From: a virus
Taxonomy: Duplodnaviria; Caudoviricetes
Direction: 5' to 3' (one strand)
DNA: 64,000 nucleotides
IMG/VR virus record: IMGVR_UViG_2816332137_000001
Coordinates: 3,602 to 67,601 of that record
Position numbers and translations under genes: made by a program. Below the pieces are notes generated by a model. That model saw only the letters and a list, made by a program, of their open reading frames with translations, was not told where the DNA came from and ran no database searches. Below, piece after piece: positions 56,066 through 64,000 of the stretch (within the stretch, counting starts at the first letter, position 1; each line of letters opens with the position of its first letter).

Positions 56066-56656
56066 ATGCAAAGTATTAAAATAATTAATACTTCAAATAA
56101 TGAAGTATTTTATGCTACAGAAAAATCAGCAGGCTTTGATATTGCAGCGAATGAAAATGTTTTACTTTTGCCGCTGCAAGTTAAAAAAATAAAAACAGGA
56201 TTATTTTGGAAAATAGAAGATGATTCTGATTTATTAAGCACAACAGCAGCCGCTAAATTAGCACGATGCAGTCCTACAACTATCCGAAGAATGTGTGCCA
56301 AGGGCGATCTTAAATATGAAAATGTAAATAAGAAAATTTTAATAAATAAAGAACATCTTTTATCTTATCTTGATAGCGATGAAATAATTGATTTATCAGA
56401 TAAGTTTGAGCTTCAAATAAGACCTCGTAGCTCATCCCTCCTTAAAGAAAAACTTCATATCCAACTTGGCACTATCGATCCTGATTATACAGGAGAGATT
56501 TGCATTATAGTTCAAAATCTTTCCTTTAAACCTAAACTAATTTTTAAAGGCGAGCGCATAGCTCAAGGCGTTATTTCAAATATCCACACCGCAAATAATT
56601 TAATCAATAAAAAAATAATACGCAAAAATAATGGCTTTGGGAGCACTGGAAAATGA
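56066..56656 (+). CDS. dut: Trimeric dUTPase with an inserted HTH domain
   Basis: AGFDI (I), RPRSS (II), GTIDPDYTGE (III), RIAQ (IV), R..NGFGSTG (V); HTH insert at about aa 56-103. Confidence 0.92.
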   Translation: MQSIKIINTSNNEVFYATEKSAGFDIAANENVLLLPLQVKKIKTGLFWKIEDDSDLLSTTAAAKLARCSPTTIRRMCAKGDLKYENVNKKILINKEHLLSYLDSDEIIDLSDKFELQIRPRSSSLLKEKLHIQLGTIDPDYTGEICIIVQNLSFKPKLIFKGERIAQGVISNIHTANNLINKKIIRKNNGFGSTGK

Positions 56657-56847
56657 GCAATTTACATAGAGAATATATTGAAAAAATTGATGATATAACA
56701 AAGTCATACGCAAAGATGAAAAAGTTAGTACGTGAAAATAATGTTCAAAAAAATATCGCAAAAAATCAAAATATTTATGTTTCATTATTAAACTTAAAAA
56801 AATCCATTGAAAACTTAATGTTTATTTATCAGAGAGATAGAGCATGA
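56653..56847 (+). CDS. Hypothetical protein
   Basis: ATGA-coupled in operon. Confidence 0.6.
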   Translation: MSNLHREYIEKIDDITKSYAKMKKLVRENNVQKNIAKNQNIYVSLLNLKKSIENLMFIYQRDRA

Positions 56848-57077
56848 ATAATGAAGATAATAAAAAAATATTATCTATTAAGCCATACAATAAAAGCGAA
56901 ACTAAACTAAATGCAAGAATGATAAAAGAAATTAATAAGTCTAGAAGGATTCTTGGTTTAAAAGATTTAGTCCAAAAAAATAGAAATTGTATAAGTTGCA
57001 AGAAATTAATTAAAGAAACAACTTCAGAGCGATTGTGCGAAAGATGTAGATTTATAGCTAACAATATTTATGAATAA
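56844..57077 (+). CDS. Zn-ribbon small protein
   Basis: CISC...LCERC. Confidence 0.65.
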   Translation: MNNEDNKKILSIKPYNKSETKLNARMIKEINKSRRILGLKDLVQKNRNCISCKKLIKETTSERLCERCRFIANNIYE

Positions 57078-57089
57078 AGAGATAATAAA

Positions 57090-57362
57090 ATGAATAATAC
57101 TGAATCAATCGAGAACTTAAAAGATGAAAATAATCAATTAAAAATTGAGATAGATAACTTAAAGAGAGATAAAAAATTATTAATTAACACCATAGAAAAA
57201 ATGGCAAGTCAAGCAAGATCTCAACTTCACAGTTTAGAAAAAACTTTAGATTTATTTAGAGTTTTTAATCAAAAAATTAAATGCGCACCACCTTCAGGAG
57301 TTGAGCGCCCAAAAGGTTCTCTTGATGAATCAAATATCATTAAAAAATCATGGAGAAAATAA
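57090..57362 (+). CDS. Coiled-coil hypothetical protein
   Basis: Heptad pattern. Confidence 0.6.
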   Translation: MNNTESIENLKDENNQLKIEIDNLKRDKKLLINTIEKMASQARSQLHSLEKTLDLFRVFNQKIKCAPPSGVERPKGSLDESNIIKKSWRK

Positions 57363-57363
57363 A

Positions 57364-57627
57364 ATGGAAGATATTCATCTAAAAATTAATGATAAAAATT
57401 CAAAATATAGAGCTAAAATTTATATGAAAAATAAATCATCTGATTTTACTAATTTTAATGAAATTGAAAAAGAATTAAAAAATAAAAATATAAAAAAAGG
57501 ATTGATATTTTTTGATTTATCCAAAAGAAACTTTCCAGAAAAGAATTGCTTTTTTGAAATCTATTACAATGGAGAACGATTCATAGATGGAACATGGAAA
57601 CAAGTAAATCAAGAGGAAAGAATATGA
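57364..57627 (+). CDS. Hypothetical protein
   Basis: GGAG RBS before MEDIHLK. Confidence 0.55.
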   Translation: MEDIHLKINDKNSKYRAKIYMKNKSSDFTNFNEIEKELKNKNIKKGLIFFDLSKRNFPEKNCFFEIYYNGERFIDGTWKQVNQEERI

Positions 57628-58076
57628 AAAAAAATAATTCAAATACTGAACATAAAACATTTAAGACAAGAATTCCTAGAAATATTCGGAGTTTTGCAAT
57701 TAATAATTTCGGTGTTGAATTTAGAGTAGCTGAGACTTTAGAGAAAGCTAATATAATAGGATTACCTGAAGAAGCAAATAAACATGATGCTTTATATATA
57801 GAAAAATCAGCAGTTGTTTTTGTAAAAAAATTTACAGAATTTGATCCTACAGACTTAAATTTTATTTTACTTCATGAACTTGGACACGCAATTTTAGATT
57901 TTTATAAAAACGAAGCAGGACTTAAAATTGAAGAAAGAGATGAAGAAATCAAAGCGAATGGAATTGCGTTTGCTATTGCAGCACTTTTAAAAATTCCAGT
58001 TTCAGAAACGATGATTAAAAATTTAAATAGATTTTTGTGTTTGAGTGAAGGCGAACAAATTCAGTGGGAATTTTAA
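57624..58076 (+). CDS. ImmA/IrrE-like zinc metallopeptidase
   Basis: LLHELGH (HExxH) and downstream EE..AN..A. Confidence 0.7.
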   Translation: MKKNNSNTEHKTFKTRIPRNIRSFAINNFGVEFRVAETLEKANIIGLPEEANKHDALYIEKSAVVFVKKFTEFDPTDLNFILLHELGHAILDFYKNEAGLKIEERDEEIKANGIAFAIAALLKIPVSETMIKNLNRFLCLSEGEQIQWEF

Positions 58077-58085
58077 GGAGATATT

Positions 58086-58415
58086 ATGACTATAAATATA
58101 ATTGAAGGAAATAAAGCATCAGATATATATTTAAAACTAAACTTAAAAAGTCGTCAAAAAGTTGAAGAAATAGCTTCTGCAAGTAGAATAAATATTAATT
58201 ATCAACTGGTATTTAAAGCATATATAGAAGAAAGATTTTCTGAAAATGAGATAACAAAAGAGAGCCAAGATAAATGCTCATTAATCAGAAATAAATGCAA
58301 AGAATTAGCTTGTTTTTTAGTTGATACAATTCCTGATAGTCGTGAATTATCAACGGCATTAACAAGTTTAGAAACTACAATGTTTTTTGCGGAAGCAGGA
58401 ATTCAAAGAAGTTAA
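58086..58415 (+). CDS. Acb2/Tad1-like helical hairpin protein
   Basis: IR.K.KELA......P.SRE.S.ALT.LE...F.A.A.I.R. Confidence 0.65.
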   Translation: MTINIIEGNKASDIYLKLNLKSRQKVEEIASASRININYQLVFKAYIEERFSENEITKESQDKCSLIRNKCKELACFLVDTIPDSRELSTALTSLETTMFFAEAGIQRS

Positions 58416-58431
58416 TGGGAGTATATACAAT

Positions 58432-58635
58432 ATGAACTATAATAGGATTGATAAAAGAAAAAACAAAATATTATTAGATTATTATGTAATTGCGGTTGAA
58501 AAATTAGGCAATGTAACAACTGTATCAAAAAAATCAAAAATCGCTGTAAATACATTAGAAAAAATAGCAAAAGGCGAATCAATAACAACAAGAACATTTC
58601 AAAAATTAGAGTCTTTTGTTTTAAATTTAACTTAA
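58432..58635 (+). CDS. Small Cro-like HTH protein
   Basis: VSKKSKIAVNTLEKIAKGE; GGGAG RBS. Confidence 0.6.
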   Translation: MNYNRIDKRKNKILLDYYVIAVEKLGNVTTVSKKSKIAVNTLEKIAKGESITTRTFQKLESFVLNLT

Positions 58636-58650
58636 ATAAGGAATTATAAA

Positions 58651-58938
58651 ATGATTGAATATTTAGCAATTGTAAATATAACGGCCACAGTTTTATTGAT
58701 TATCAGATTTGTATGTTTTTTTGTAATTAAATACGTAATTAAAACCAAATTTAAAATAACTGATATAATTAATTATTTTATTTCTCCAGAATATGGAGCT
58801 TTGAAGCTAGCAATTGAAAATAAAGAATTAGAATCAGAAATTAATTTCTTAAATATTAAAATCAAGTCCCTCGAAATTAAAGTTAAAGATTATAAATTAG
58901 TTATTATGGAAAAATCAAATAACGAGCTAGCACAATAA
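58651..58938 (+). CDS. Membrane-anchored coiled-coil protein
   Basis: N-terminal TM. Confidence 0.6.
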   Translation: MIEYLAIVNITATVLLIIRFVCFFVIKYVIKTKFKITDIINYFISPEYGALKLAIENKELESEINFLNIKIKSLEIKVKDYKLVIMEKSNNELAQ

Positions 58939-58971
58939 GATAAAAATTATATTTAGATAAAAGGAAATTAA

Positions 58972-59601
58972 ATGAATACTTTATCAGCAAAAAATGAAAA
59001 CGAAGCTCTTGAAATTTTAATGACTAATTTAGATGACTCGAAAACAATCACAGATGAATTTTTAGCCGAATTTGCAGGAATCGAAAAACATCATTTCAAC
59101 CGCAAGGCAGATCAACTTTTTAAAATGGATATTATTGGCAATTACAATAAAGTAACAATAGGTAAGAGTATTTCCGTAAAACAACCTACTCAAAAAATAA
59201 TCAGAAAATATTCTCTTACTGATGTTATTATTATTTTGAGCCAATATGAGAACAGACACCAAAGAAGGGCTTTAAAAATATGTAGGCTAGCTCTACAAAA
59301 GTTTGTTAATGAATCGATACAAGTAAACAAACCAGTATTGCATAAAAATAGTACAATCTCAGTCCCTTTGTACATTGAAGACATGTTTGGGGGATTAGTG
59401 AAAATCGGCTCTACGGTTCGGAATATTATTGATTTAAATTATGAAGAATTCATAGAAGCAAAATTAATTCATATTCAAAAAACAATCGCGGGATTACAAA
59501 AGAAGCAAGAAAAGTTTACAGAAGAATTAATGCAAATAAAAAACTCAAAATTAAATAAAGTTGCTAGGGCTGTTCAAGAATTAAATGCGTGTGGGCTGTA
59601 A
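58972..59601 (+). CDS. Rha/antirepressor-like regulatory protein
   Basis: IT...LAE..G..KH.F.R N-terminus; tentative. Confidence 0.45.
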   Translation: MNTLSAKNENEALEILMTNLDDSKTITDEFLAEFAGIEKHHFNRKADQLFKMDIIGNYNKVTIGKSISVKQPTQKIIRKYSLTDVIIILSQYENRHQRRALKICRLALQKFVNESIQVNKPVLHKNSTISVPLYIEDMFGGLVKIGSTVRNIIDLNYEEFIEAKLIHIQKTIAGLQKKQEKFTEELMQIKNSKLNKVARAVQELNACGL

Positions 59602-59732
59602 AAAATAGGCTTAAAACTAGAGCGGCCAGTACCTAAGTACTGACCCCTACTCGATTACCGATATGCTGTAATGTGCATACAGACCCATAGAATAACACTT
59701 ATTAAATAAAAAGCAAGAAGAAAGAATTAACT

Positions 59733-60698
59733 ATGTCTTCAGGTTCATTTATTAGATTGTCTTATCCATTAAGCGCAAAATTAGGGATATCAAAATCATT
59801 GGTATTACAAAAGATTATTGATTGGGTTTCAATGAATAAAAGCAACCCCAATATGAAAAAGGGTAATGCTATTTGGGTTAAAAGATCGGCACAAGAACTA
59901 TCACAAGATTTAGATGGTAATTTATCAGCTAGAAGCATCGAGCGACATTTGTCAGAGCTAGTTAATGATGGATGGGTTATTAAAGAAAATTTTAATATAA
60001 ATAATTTTGATAGAACTTGCTGGTACACACCAAACGGCCGCATGATCAACCAAGCAACCAAAGAATGGAATTCTGAACAAACCGACATTAGATCGGAATC
60101 AGAGACCGACAATTTGAGTAAGAGCTGCACACAAAATGAGTATTCAGATATACGCAACGATATCAATTCTCCCAACACTATAATAACAGATAAAGAATAT
60201 AAAAAGATAATAGAAGAAGAACAGATAAATATTGAAAAAAATATTTCTGATCTAAAAAAGACTAAAATCAGAGTCGTAAAAACGAATGAAAAAAAACTTG
60301 ATGATCGAACCTCTCAAATGCTCAAGTCAGGGATAGATGCATTCGTAAAATCTTACGAACATCGTTACAAAGCAAAATTCCTAGACTTCGCAACTCTAAG
60401 CAGGTCCATTCAATCTATTATAAAAAAAATGGGCGCTACATTTTCAGAGCAAAATTTAATTGATTGCGTGAATTGTTATTTGCGATCTCAAAATTCATGG
60501 CATGTCACCAAAGGTCACTCACCGATTTACCTCGCTGGTGACATTCAAAATATTTTTGCAGCGGCTCAGAATAATAGGAATGTAGCAACATCTTTACAGG
60601 CAAAAAAAGGCGATGTTTCTCAAACAATCGACTCAAACATCATGAACGCTTTAAATTCTCTTAAAAAAGAAATGAATAGCGAAATTTTGGATATTTAA
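59733..60698 (+). CDS. Phage replication initiator / replisome organizer (wHTH)
   Basis: LA.KLG...L.LQ.I..W, W..RS..EL...S.R.I.R.L..L...G.V...N.N..DRT.WY. Confidence 0.8.
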   Translation: MSSGSFIRLSYPLSAKLGISKSLVLQKIIDWVSMNKSNPNMKKGNAIWVKRSAQELSQDLDGNLSARSIERHLSELVNDGWVIKENFNINNFDRTCWYTPNGRMINQATKEWNSEQTDIRSESETDNLSKSCTQNEYSDIRNDINSPNTIITDKEYKKIIEEEQINIEKNISDLKKTKIRVVKTNEKKLDDRTSQMLKSGIDAFVKSYEHRYKAKFLDFATLSRSIQSIIKKMGATFSEQNLIDCVNCYLRSQNSWHVTKGHSPIYLAGDIQNIFAAAQNNRNVATSLQAKKGDVSQTIDSNIMNALNSLKKEMNSEILDI

Positions 60699-60712
60699 AA
60701 AAGAGGTGACAA

Positions 60713-61546
60713 ATGAAACCAAGTGAAGATTTTAAAAAATTTAATAAAATAAATGCACTTTATAAAGCAAAAATGACTATCACTCAAAAGTTACACGGGA
60801 CAAACGCTTTAATTTATATCTATTTTGATGGGATGACAGGAAATTTAGATTTAATTTGTGGATCTAGAACTCGCTGGATAACTCCTCAAGATGATAATTA
60901 TGGATTTGCTAAATTTATTCATGAAAATAAAGAAGAATTTATAGATAAATTAGGGGAAGGATATCATTACGGTGAATGGGTAGGATTTGGGATAAATTCA
61001 GGAGAAGGTTTAGATAATCGAAATCTAATTTTATTTGATTGGCAAAAATTTCATAATAAGCCTCTTCCAGAGAGAACAAATACTATTCCAGTTTTATATC
61101 ATGGAGAAATAAACTTTAATATAATTAATGAAAAAATGGAATATTTAAAAAATAATGGTTCAGAATTAGTTAAAGGTTTTATGAATGTTGAGGGAATCGT
61201 TATTGATATTAACGGAGTAAAGTATAAAAAAGTTTTTAACCCAGAGGAAACAAAATGGATTTCATCAAAGTCTGATAAGAAAATGAAACAAGACAATTTA
61301 GTTTTTGATTACTTATTACAGCATAACAGATTAGAAAATTTGCTATCTAAAGATGAACGATATTTAAAAGAATTTCCAAAATCTATAGGTTTAATAATTA
61401 ATGATTACACCTCTGATTTGCTAAGTGAAGAACAAATTGATGAAAATATCTACAATCAGAACTTAAAAAAAATAAAAAGAGAAGTTGGGTATTTTGTAGT
61501 GGATTTAATAAAAAGTAAATTATTAAAACAAAGCAAAGCAAGCTAA
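60713..61546 (+). CDS. RNA ligase, Rnl2 family
   Basis: Nucleotidyltransferase motifs I KLHGTN, Ia GSR, III YGEW, IIIa LFD, IV EGIV, V KKVF. Confidence 0.88.
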   Translation: MKPSEDFKKFNKINALYKAKMTITQKLHGTNALIYIYFDGMTGNLDLICGSRTRWITPQDDNYGFAKFIHENKEEFIDKLGEGYHYGEWVGFGINSGEGLDNRNLILFDWQKFHNKPLPERTNTIPVLYHGEINFNIINEKMEYLKNNGSELVKGFMNVEGIVIDINGVKYKKVFNPEETKWISSKSDKKMKQDNLVFDYLLQHNRLENLLSKDERYLKEFPKSIGLIINDYTSDLLSEEQIDENIYNQNLKKIKREVGYFVVDLIKSKLLKQSKAS

Positions 61547-61573
61547 AATATATAACATAAAGAACTTTTAAAA

Positions 61574-61846
61574 ATGATTTTTATTATTGATACAGACAAA
61601 GAAAAGATGTTTAAAAAATATAAAGAATTAACATATCACTCTAAGAATTGTCCTGCATGTAAAAAAGAATTATGGGAAAATGGTACATTTGAATTCTTTG
61701 TCTCAAAAGAACATCGCGGATTTATTAGAACATGTAATGCTTGCATGAAAAGTCAGACCTTATTAACTCCAAAAAAATTAATTGATCAAATAAAACTCAG
61801 AAATACAATAAATAATTTAAAAAATAGATTAGGACTAACAAAATGA
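61574..61846 (+). CDS. Zn-ribbon protein
   Basis: CPAC...CNAC. Confidence 0.65.
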   Translation: MIFIIDTDKEKMFKKYKELTYHSKNCPACKKELWENGTFEFFVSKEHRGFIRTCNACMKSQTLLTPKKLIDQIKLRNTINNLKNRLGLTK

Positions 61847-62169
61847 ATGAAAAAGAATTTAGTGCAGAATATATTAGAGAACTCAGAGCCTCAGAGCTTC
61901 AAAAAGAAAAAGAAGAATTTGATATTAAATATGATAAATTAATTAATAAAATAAAAAATTTAATATTAAAAAATTCTTCAGAAGATAAAAAATATCTTCT
62001 AATCACAAATGATGATTGTTCTGAATTTAATAAGATTATTAAAAATAAAAATGGAGGCGAAAATCTTGTTAATTATTTTAATTCATTGGGGTTTAAAACG
62101 GAATTTACACATACAAGAGAAAGACGCATTAATGGTAAAGAAATAGCTGAACTTAAAATTAAATGGTAA
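61843..62169 (+). CDS. Hypothetical protein
   Basis: ATGA-coupled. Confidence 0.6.
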   Translation: MNEKEFSAEYIRELRASELQKEKEEFDIKYDKLINKIKNLILKNSSEDKKYLLITNDDCSEFNKIIKNKNGGENLVNYFNSLGFKTEFTHTRERRINGKEIAELKIKW

Positions 62170-62175
62170 TAAATT

Positions 62176-62640
62176 ATGGACAACTTTGAAAAAAAATGTG
62201 CGACAATTATTCGTGAAATTTGTCAGCGGTGTGAAAGAAGCCTTTCAGAAAATTATATAAAGTCATGGCTCAAAAGTTGTATTAAACTCGGAGAAAAGAA
62301 AGCTCTTTTTGCGCTTGGAGAAATTTATAAGAAAGCAAAACAAGGTTACATGATTCCCTCGATATTTGAATTTGAACAGCTTGCAGAATCAGAAACAGAA
62401 CCAAGTTTGCAAATTGCTGAACGAATTGTAAGAGGCATGCAATTGTATGGCGCATATAATCACGATAAAGCTAAAGATTATGTGGGTGAACTTGGATGGA
62501 AAATTGTACAAAACAACGGAGGATGGCAAGAGATGTGTTACACTACGAATATGAATCATATTTATTATGTTAAGAAAGATTTACAGAAGCAGATTAAAAT
62601 ATTTAAAAAAGAAGAAAAAAATTTAAAATTAATTACATAA
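62176..62640 (+). CDS. G39P/DUF6475-like helicase loader/inhibitor-associated protein
   Basis: P.I.E...AE.I.....YG......V...GGW..MC. Confidence 0.6.
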   Translation: MDNFEKKCATIIREICQRCERSLSENYIKSWLKSCIKLGEKKALFALGEIYKKAKQGYMIPSIFEFEQLAESETEPSLQIAERIVRGMQLYGAYNHDKAKDYVGELGWKIVQNNGGWQEMCYTTNMNHIYYVKKDLQKQIKIFKKEEKNLKLIT

Positions 62641-62748
62641 AAAAAAGAAAGCCTCAGGCTGGCCGCTAGAAGCTTTAATTAACTTTTGCATAGGATGAAA
62701 AGCTATTTTATTTTTAATTCAGATCTGATTTTCTTGCAAGAAACCAAT

Positions 62749-62764
62749 GCAGTCAATTGACGGC
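62749..62764. promoter_or_regulatory. Palindromic operator-like site GCAGTCAATTGACGGC
   Basis: Identical to the 15312 copy. Confidence 0.6.
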
Positions 62765-62840
62765 AATACGAATTTCTTCTTAATCTATTTTTTCTAAAAT
62801 CCTTATTTTATATGAATAACTTTTTTCTAGTAGGATAAGT

Positions 62841-63173
62841 TTAGGGTTTTTGGGTGGAAGCCTTAATTATTAAAATTAGATCTTCAATAGAATGAAGATG
62901 ATTGTAGAATTCTGGATCTGTTACAGGGACCCGACGATTTCTATACATATTTTTGCTATGAATAGGCTCATAACCTCTTAGCGCTAGTAATCGATGTAAT
63001 TCATGGCTAAAAATTGTTAATTTTTCAAATTCTATATTTATTTCAACTTTTTCTATTGGTTCGAGTGCATCATAATGAATACCTGTTTCTCTTCTTTTTT
63101 TTGATTTTTCATGAAGCAGAACTATGTAATTAAATATTTTAGTTTCGTTATCTGTGAGCTTATATTTTATCAT
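62841..63173 (-). CDS. Hypothetical protein (start at MIKYKL)
   Basis: AAGGA RBS. Confidence 0.55.
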   Translation of the reverse strand: MIKYKLTDNETKIFNYIVLLHEKSKKRRETGIHYDALEPIEKVEINIEFEKLTIFSHELHRLLALRGYEPIHSKNMYRNRRVPVTDPEFYNHLHSIEDLILIIKASTQKP

Positions 63174-63488
63174 ATTATTATCCTTTCTTAAAATTAAACA
63201 AAACTTGGACAATTTTGAATATAATTTTGGAATTTTGAAATTGAAAGCTTGGTTTTTTCAAGGGGGAAAATATTTTTAAAGTTTATCAAAAACAGACTTA
63301 AGTATATGATTTTGTTTTTATAAATTGAGTTTAATTTTTTTACTTTATAAGAGGGGGTTAAAATAGGAACTCTCTTTGAGTCTGACGCTGCAACTAAACG
63401 TCATTTATCAATTACAGAAATTTCTGGGTTTAGCGCTTACAAATCTTTTTAGGTTGGTAAATTCTATTTTGGTTTAATTTAAAAAACC

Positions 63489-63510
63489 TTAGCAGTCAAT
63501 TGACTGCTAA
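63489..63510. promoter_or_regulatory. 22-bp perfect palindrome TTAGCAGTCAATTGACTGCTAA
   Basis: Read directly from the sequence. Confidence 0.65.
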
Positions 63511-63583
63511 AAAAAATTTGATTTTTGGTCTCGCATGAAATATTTTAAAGATCTTCTGAATGCGCCTTTGTTATGATTTAATT

Positions 63584-63733
63584 TCATAATTCTACCGTTG
63601 CAGGTTTAAATGGGTACGTTTTATAAACCTTGAAGGGCGTCGGAAACTCATTCAAGGTTTTATTCAGTGATAATTTAGCTCATCTGCCAAGAGCAGAAAG
63701 AGATAGCCCCGCGCTCTGCCTGGGGCTTTTTTA
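63584..63733 (+). ncRNA. Candidate small structured RNA
   Basis: TG.TATGAT extended -10 at 63569-63577; hairpin AAACCTTGAA/TTCAAGGTTT; TCTGC/GCAGA hairpin; GCCCC...GGGGC-T-run terminator; no ORF of meaningful length. Confidence 0.45.
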
Positions 63734-63763
63734 TTTTGTTATGTAATTTTTTTAAAATATTTG

Positions 63764-63779
63764 GCAGTCAATTGACTGC
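63764..63779. promoter_or_regulatory. Palindromic operator-like site GCAGTCAATTGACTGC
   Basis: Perfect 16-bp palindrome. Confidence 0.6.
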
Positions 63780-63848
63780 AATTGAATTTGTATTTTTAAC
63801 TTTTTTAAGTTAATGTAAAATTTCCTTTCATTGTATAATTATAGCTTT

Positions 63849-63879
63849 AAAGCCCCAAATTCCGATTGGGGCTTTTTTT
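63849..63879. terminator. Rho-independent terminator
   Basis: AAGCCCCAA-loop-TTGGGGCTT followed by a T-run. Confidence 0.7.
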
Positions 63880-64000
63880 AATCAGTAAAAACAATATGGG
63901 CTTTTTTTCCGTTACAAAACGCAATATGAGCAATGGTTTCTAATGTTAAGTTGCCTTCGCCTTTAATAATTTTTGAAGCCATGGATAAGCTTAAATCATG
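63878..64000 (-). CDS. C-terminal part of an XRE-type HTH protein (5' end lies outside the window)
   Basis: Hand translation ...SMASKIIKGEGNLTLETIAHIAFCNGKKAHIVFTD*. Confidence 0.7.
   Translation of the reverse strand, partial: HDLSLSMASKIIKGEGNLTLETIAHIAFCNGKKAHIVFTD

Larger units (their letters stand above)
1..64000. mobile_element. Temperate contractile-tailed phage, probably a phage-plasmid (partial; extends beyond both window ends)
   Basis: Complete head/tail/lysis gene set plus early replication and recombination genes; no host housekeeping genes; ParA and ParM-type cassettes and an iteron-like array; no integrase seen. Confidence 0.9.

Noticed and set aside
60040-60120. Lambda-O-like iterons inside the 59733 gene (ACCGACA twice)
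   Set aside because: Only two 7-bp matches; too weak to call.
2308-60178. Many 60-180 aa ORFs antisense to larger genes (e.g. 5330, 10554, 24242, 37232, 52699, 59762)
   Set aside because: Shadow frames of well-supported genes, without RBS or motifs.
1-64000. tRNA, rRNA, integrase, transposase, intron/intein
   Set aside because: None recognised by eye; tRNAscan-SE and an HMM search would be needed to exclude them formally.

Overview
The window is one continuous, very AT-rich temperate phage genome segment with contractile-tail (myovirus-type) morphogenesis genes, and it is cut at both ends. Morphogenesis genes: TerS/TerL (on the minus strand, pointing away from the portal), portal, head morphogenesis, protease, capsid, neck, sheath, tube, a frameshifted tail chaperone, tape measure, baseplate and an M15 endolysin. 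Early genes: Bet-like annealase, SSB, Gp157-like protein, DEDDh exonuclease, dUTPase, two wHTH replication-initiator candidates and an XRE/S24-like repressor. No integrase is visible. Instead there are two partition cassettes (ParA-type and actin/ParM-type) and an 11-bp-period repeat array, so a phage-plasmid lifestyle is inferred. The host cannot be read from the sequence. Most unusual observations: (1) a ParM-like actin ATPase that appears circularly permuted, with its phosphate-1 motif at the extreme C-terminus; (2) a second, nuclease-less terminase ATPase domain inside the lysis cassette; (3) a dUTPase with an excisionase-type HTH inserted between its catalytic motifs; (4) a repressor lacking its autocleavage dyad, translationally coupled to an MFS transporter and a possible ligand-binding domain; (5) a repeated late-promoter motif whose spacer can sequester the downstream RBS; (6) a 19-bp RBS-overlapping motif at the head of early operons; (7) a set of anti-defence candidates (Acb2/Tad1-like protein, RNA ligase plus phosphatase, orphan Dam). 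All family names come from motif recognition by eye; no database searches were run.
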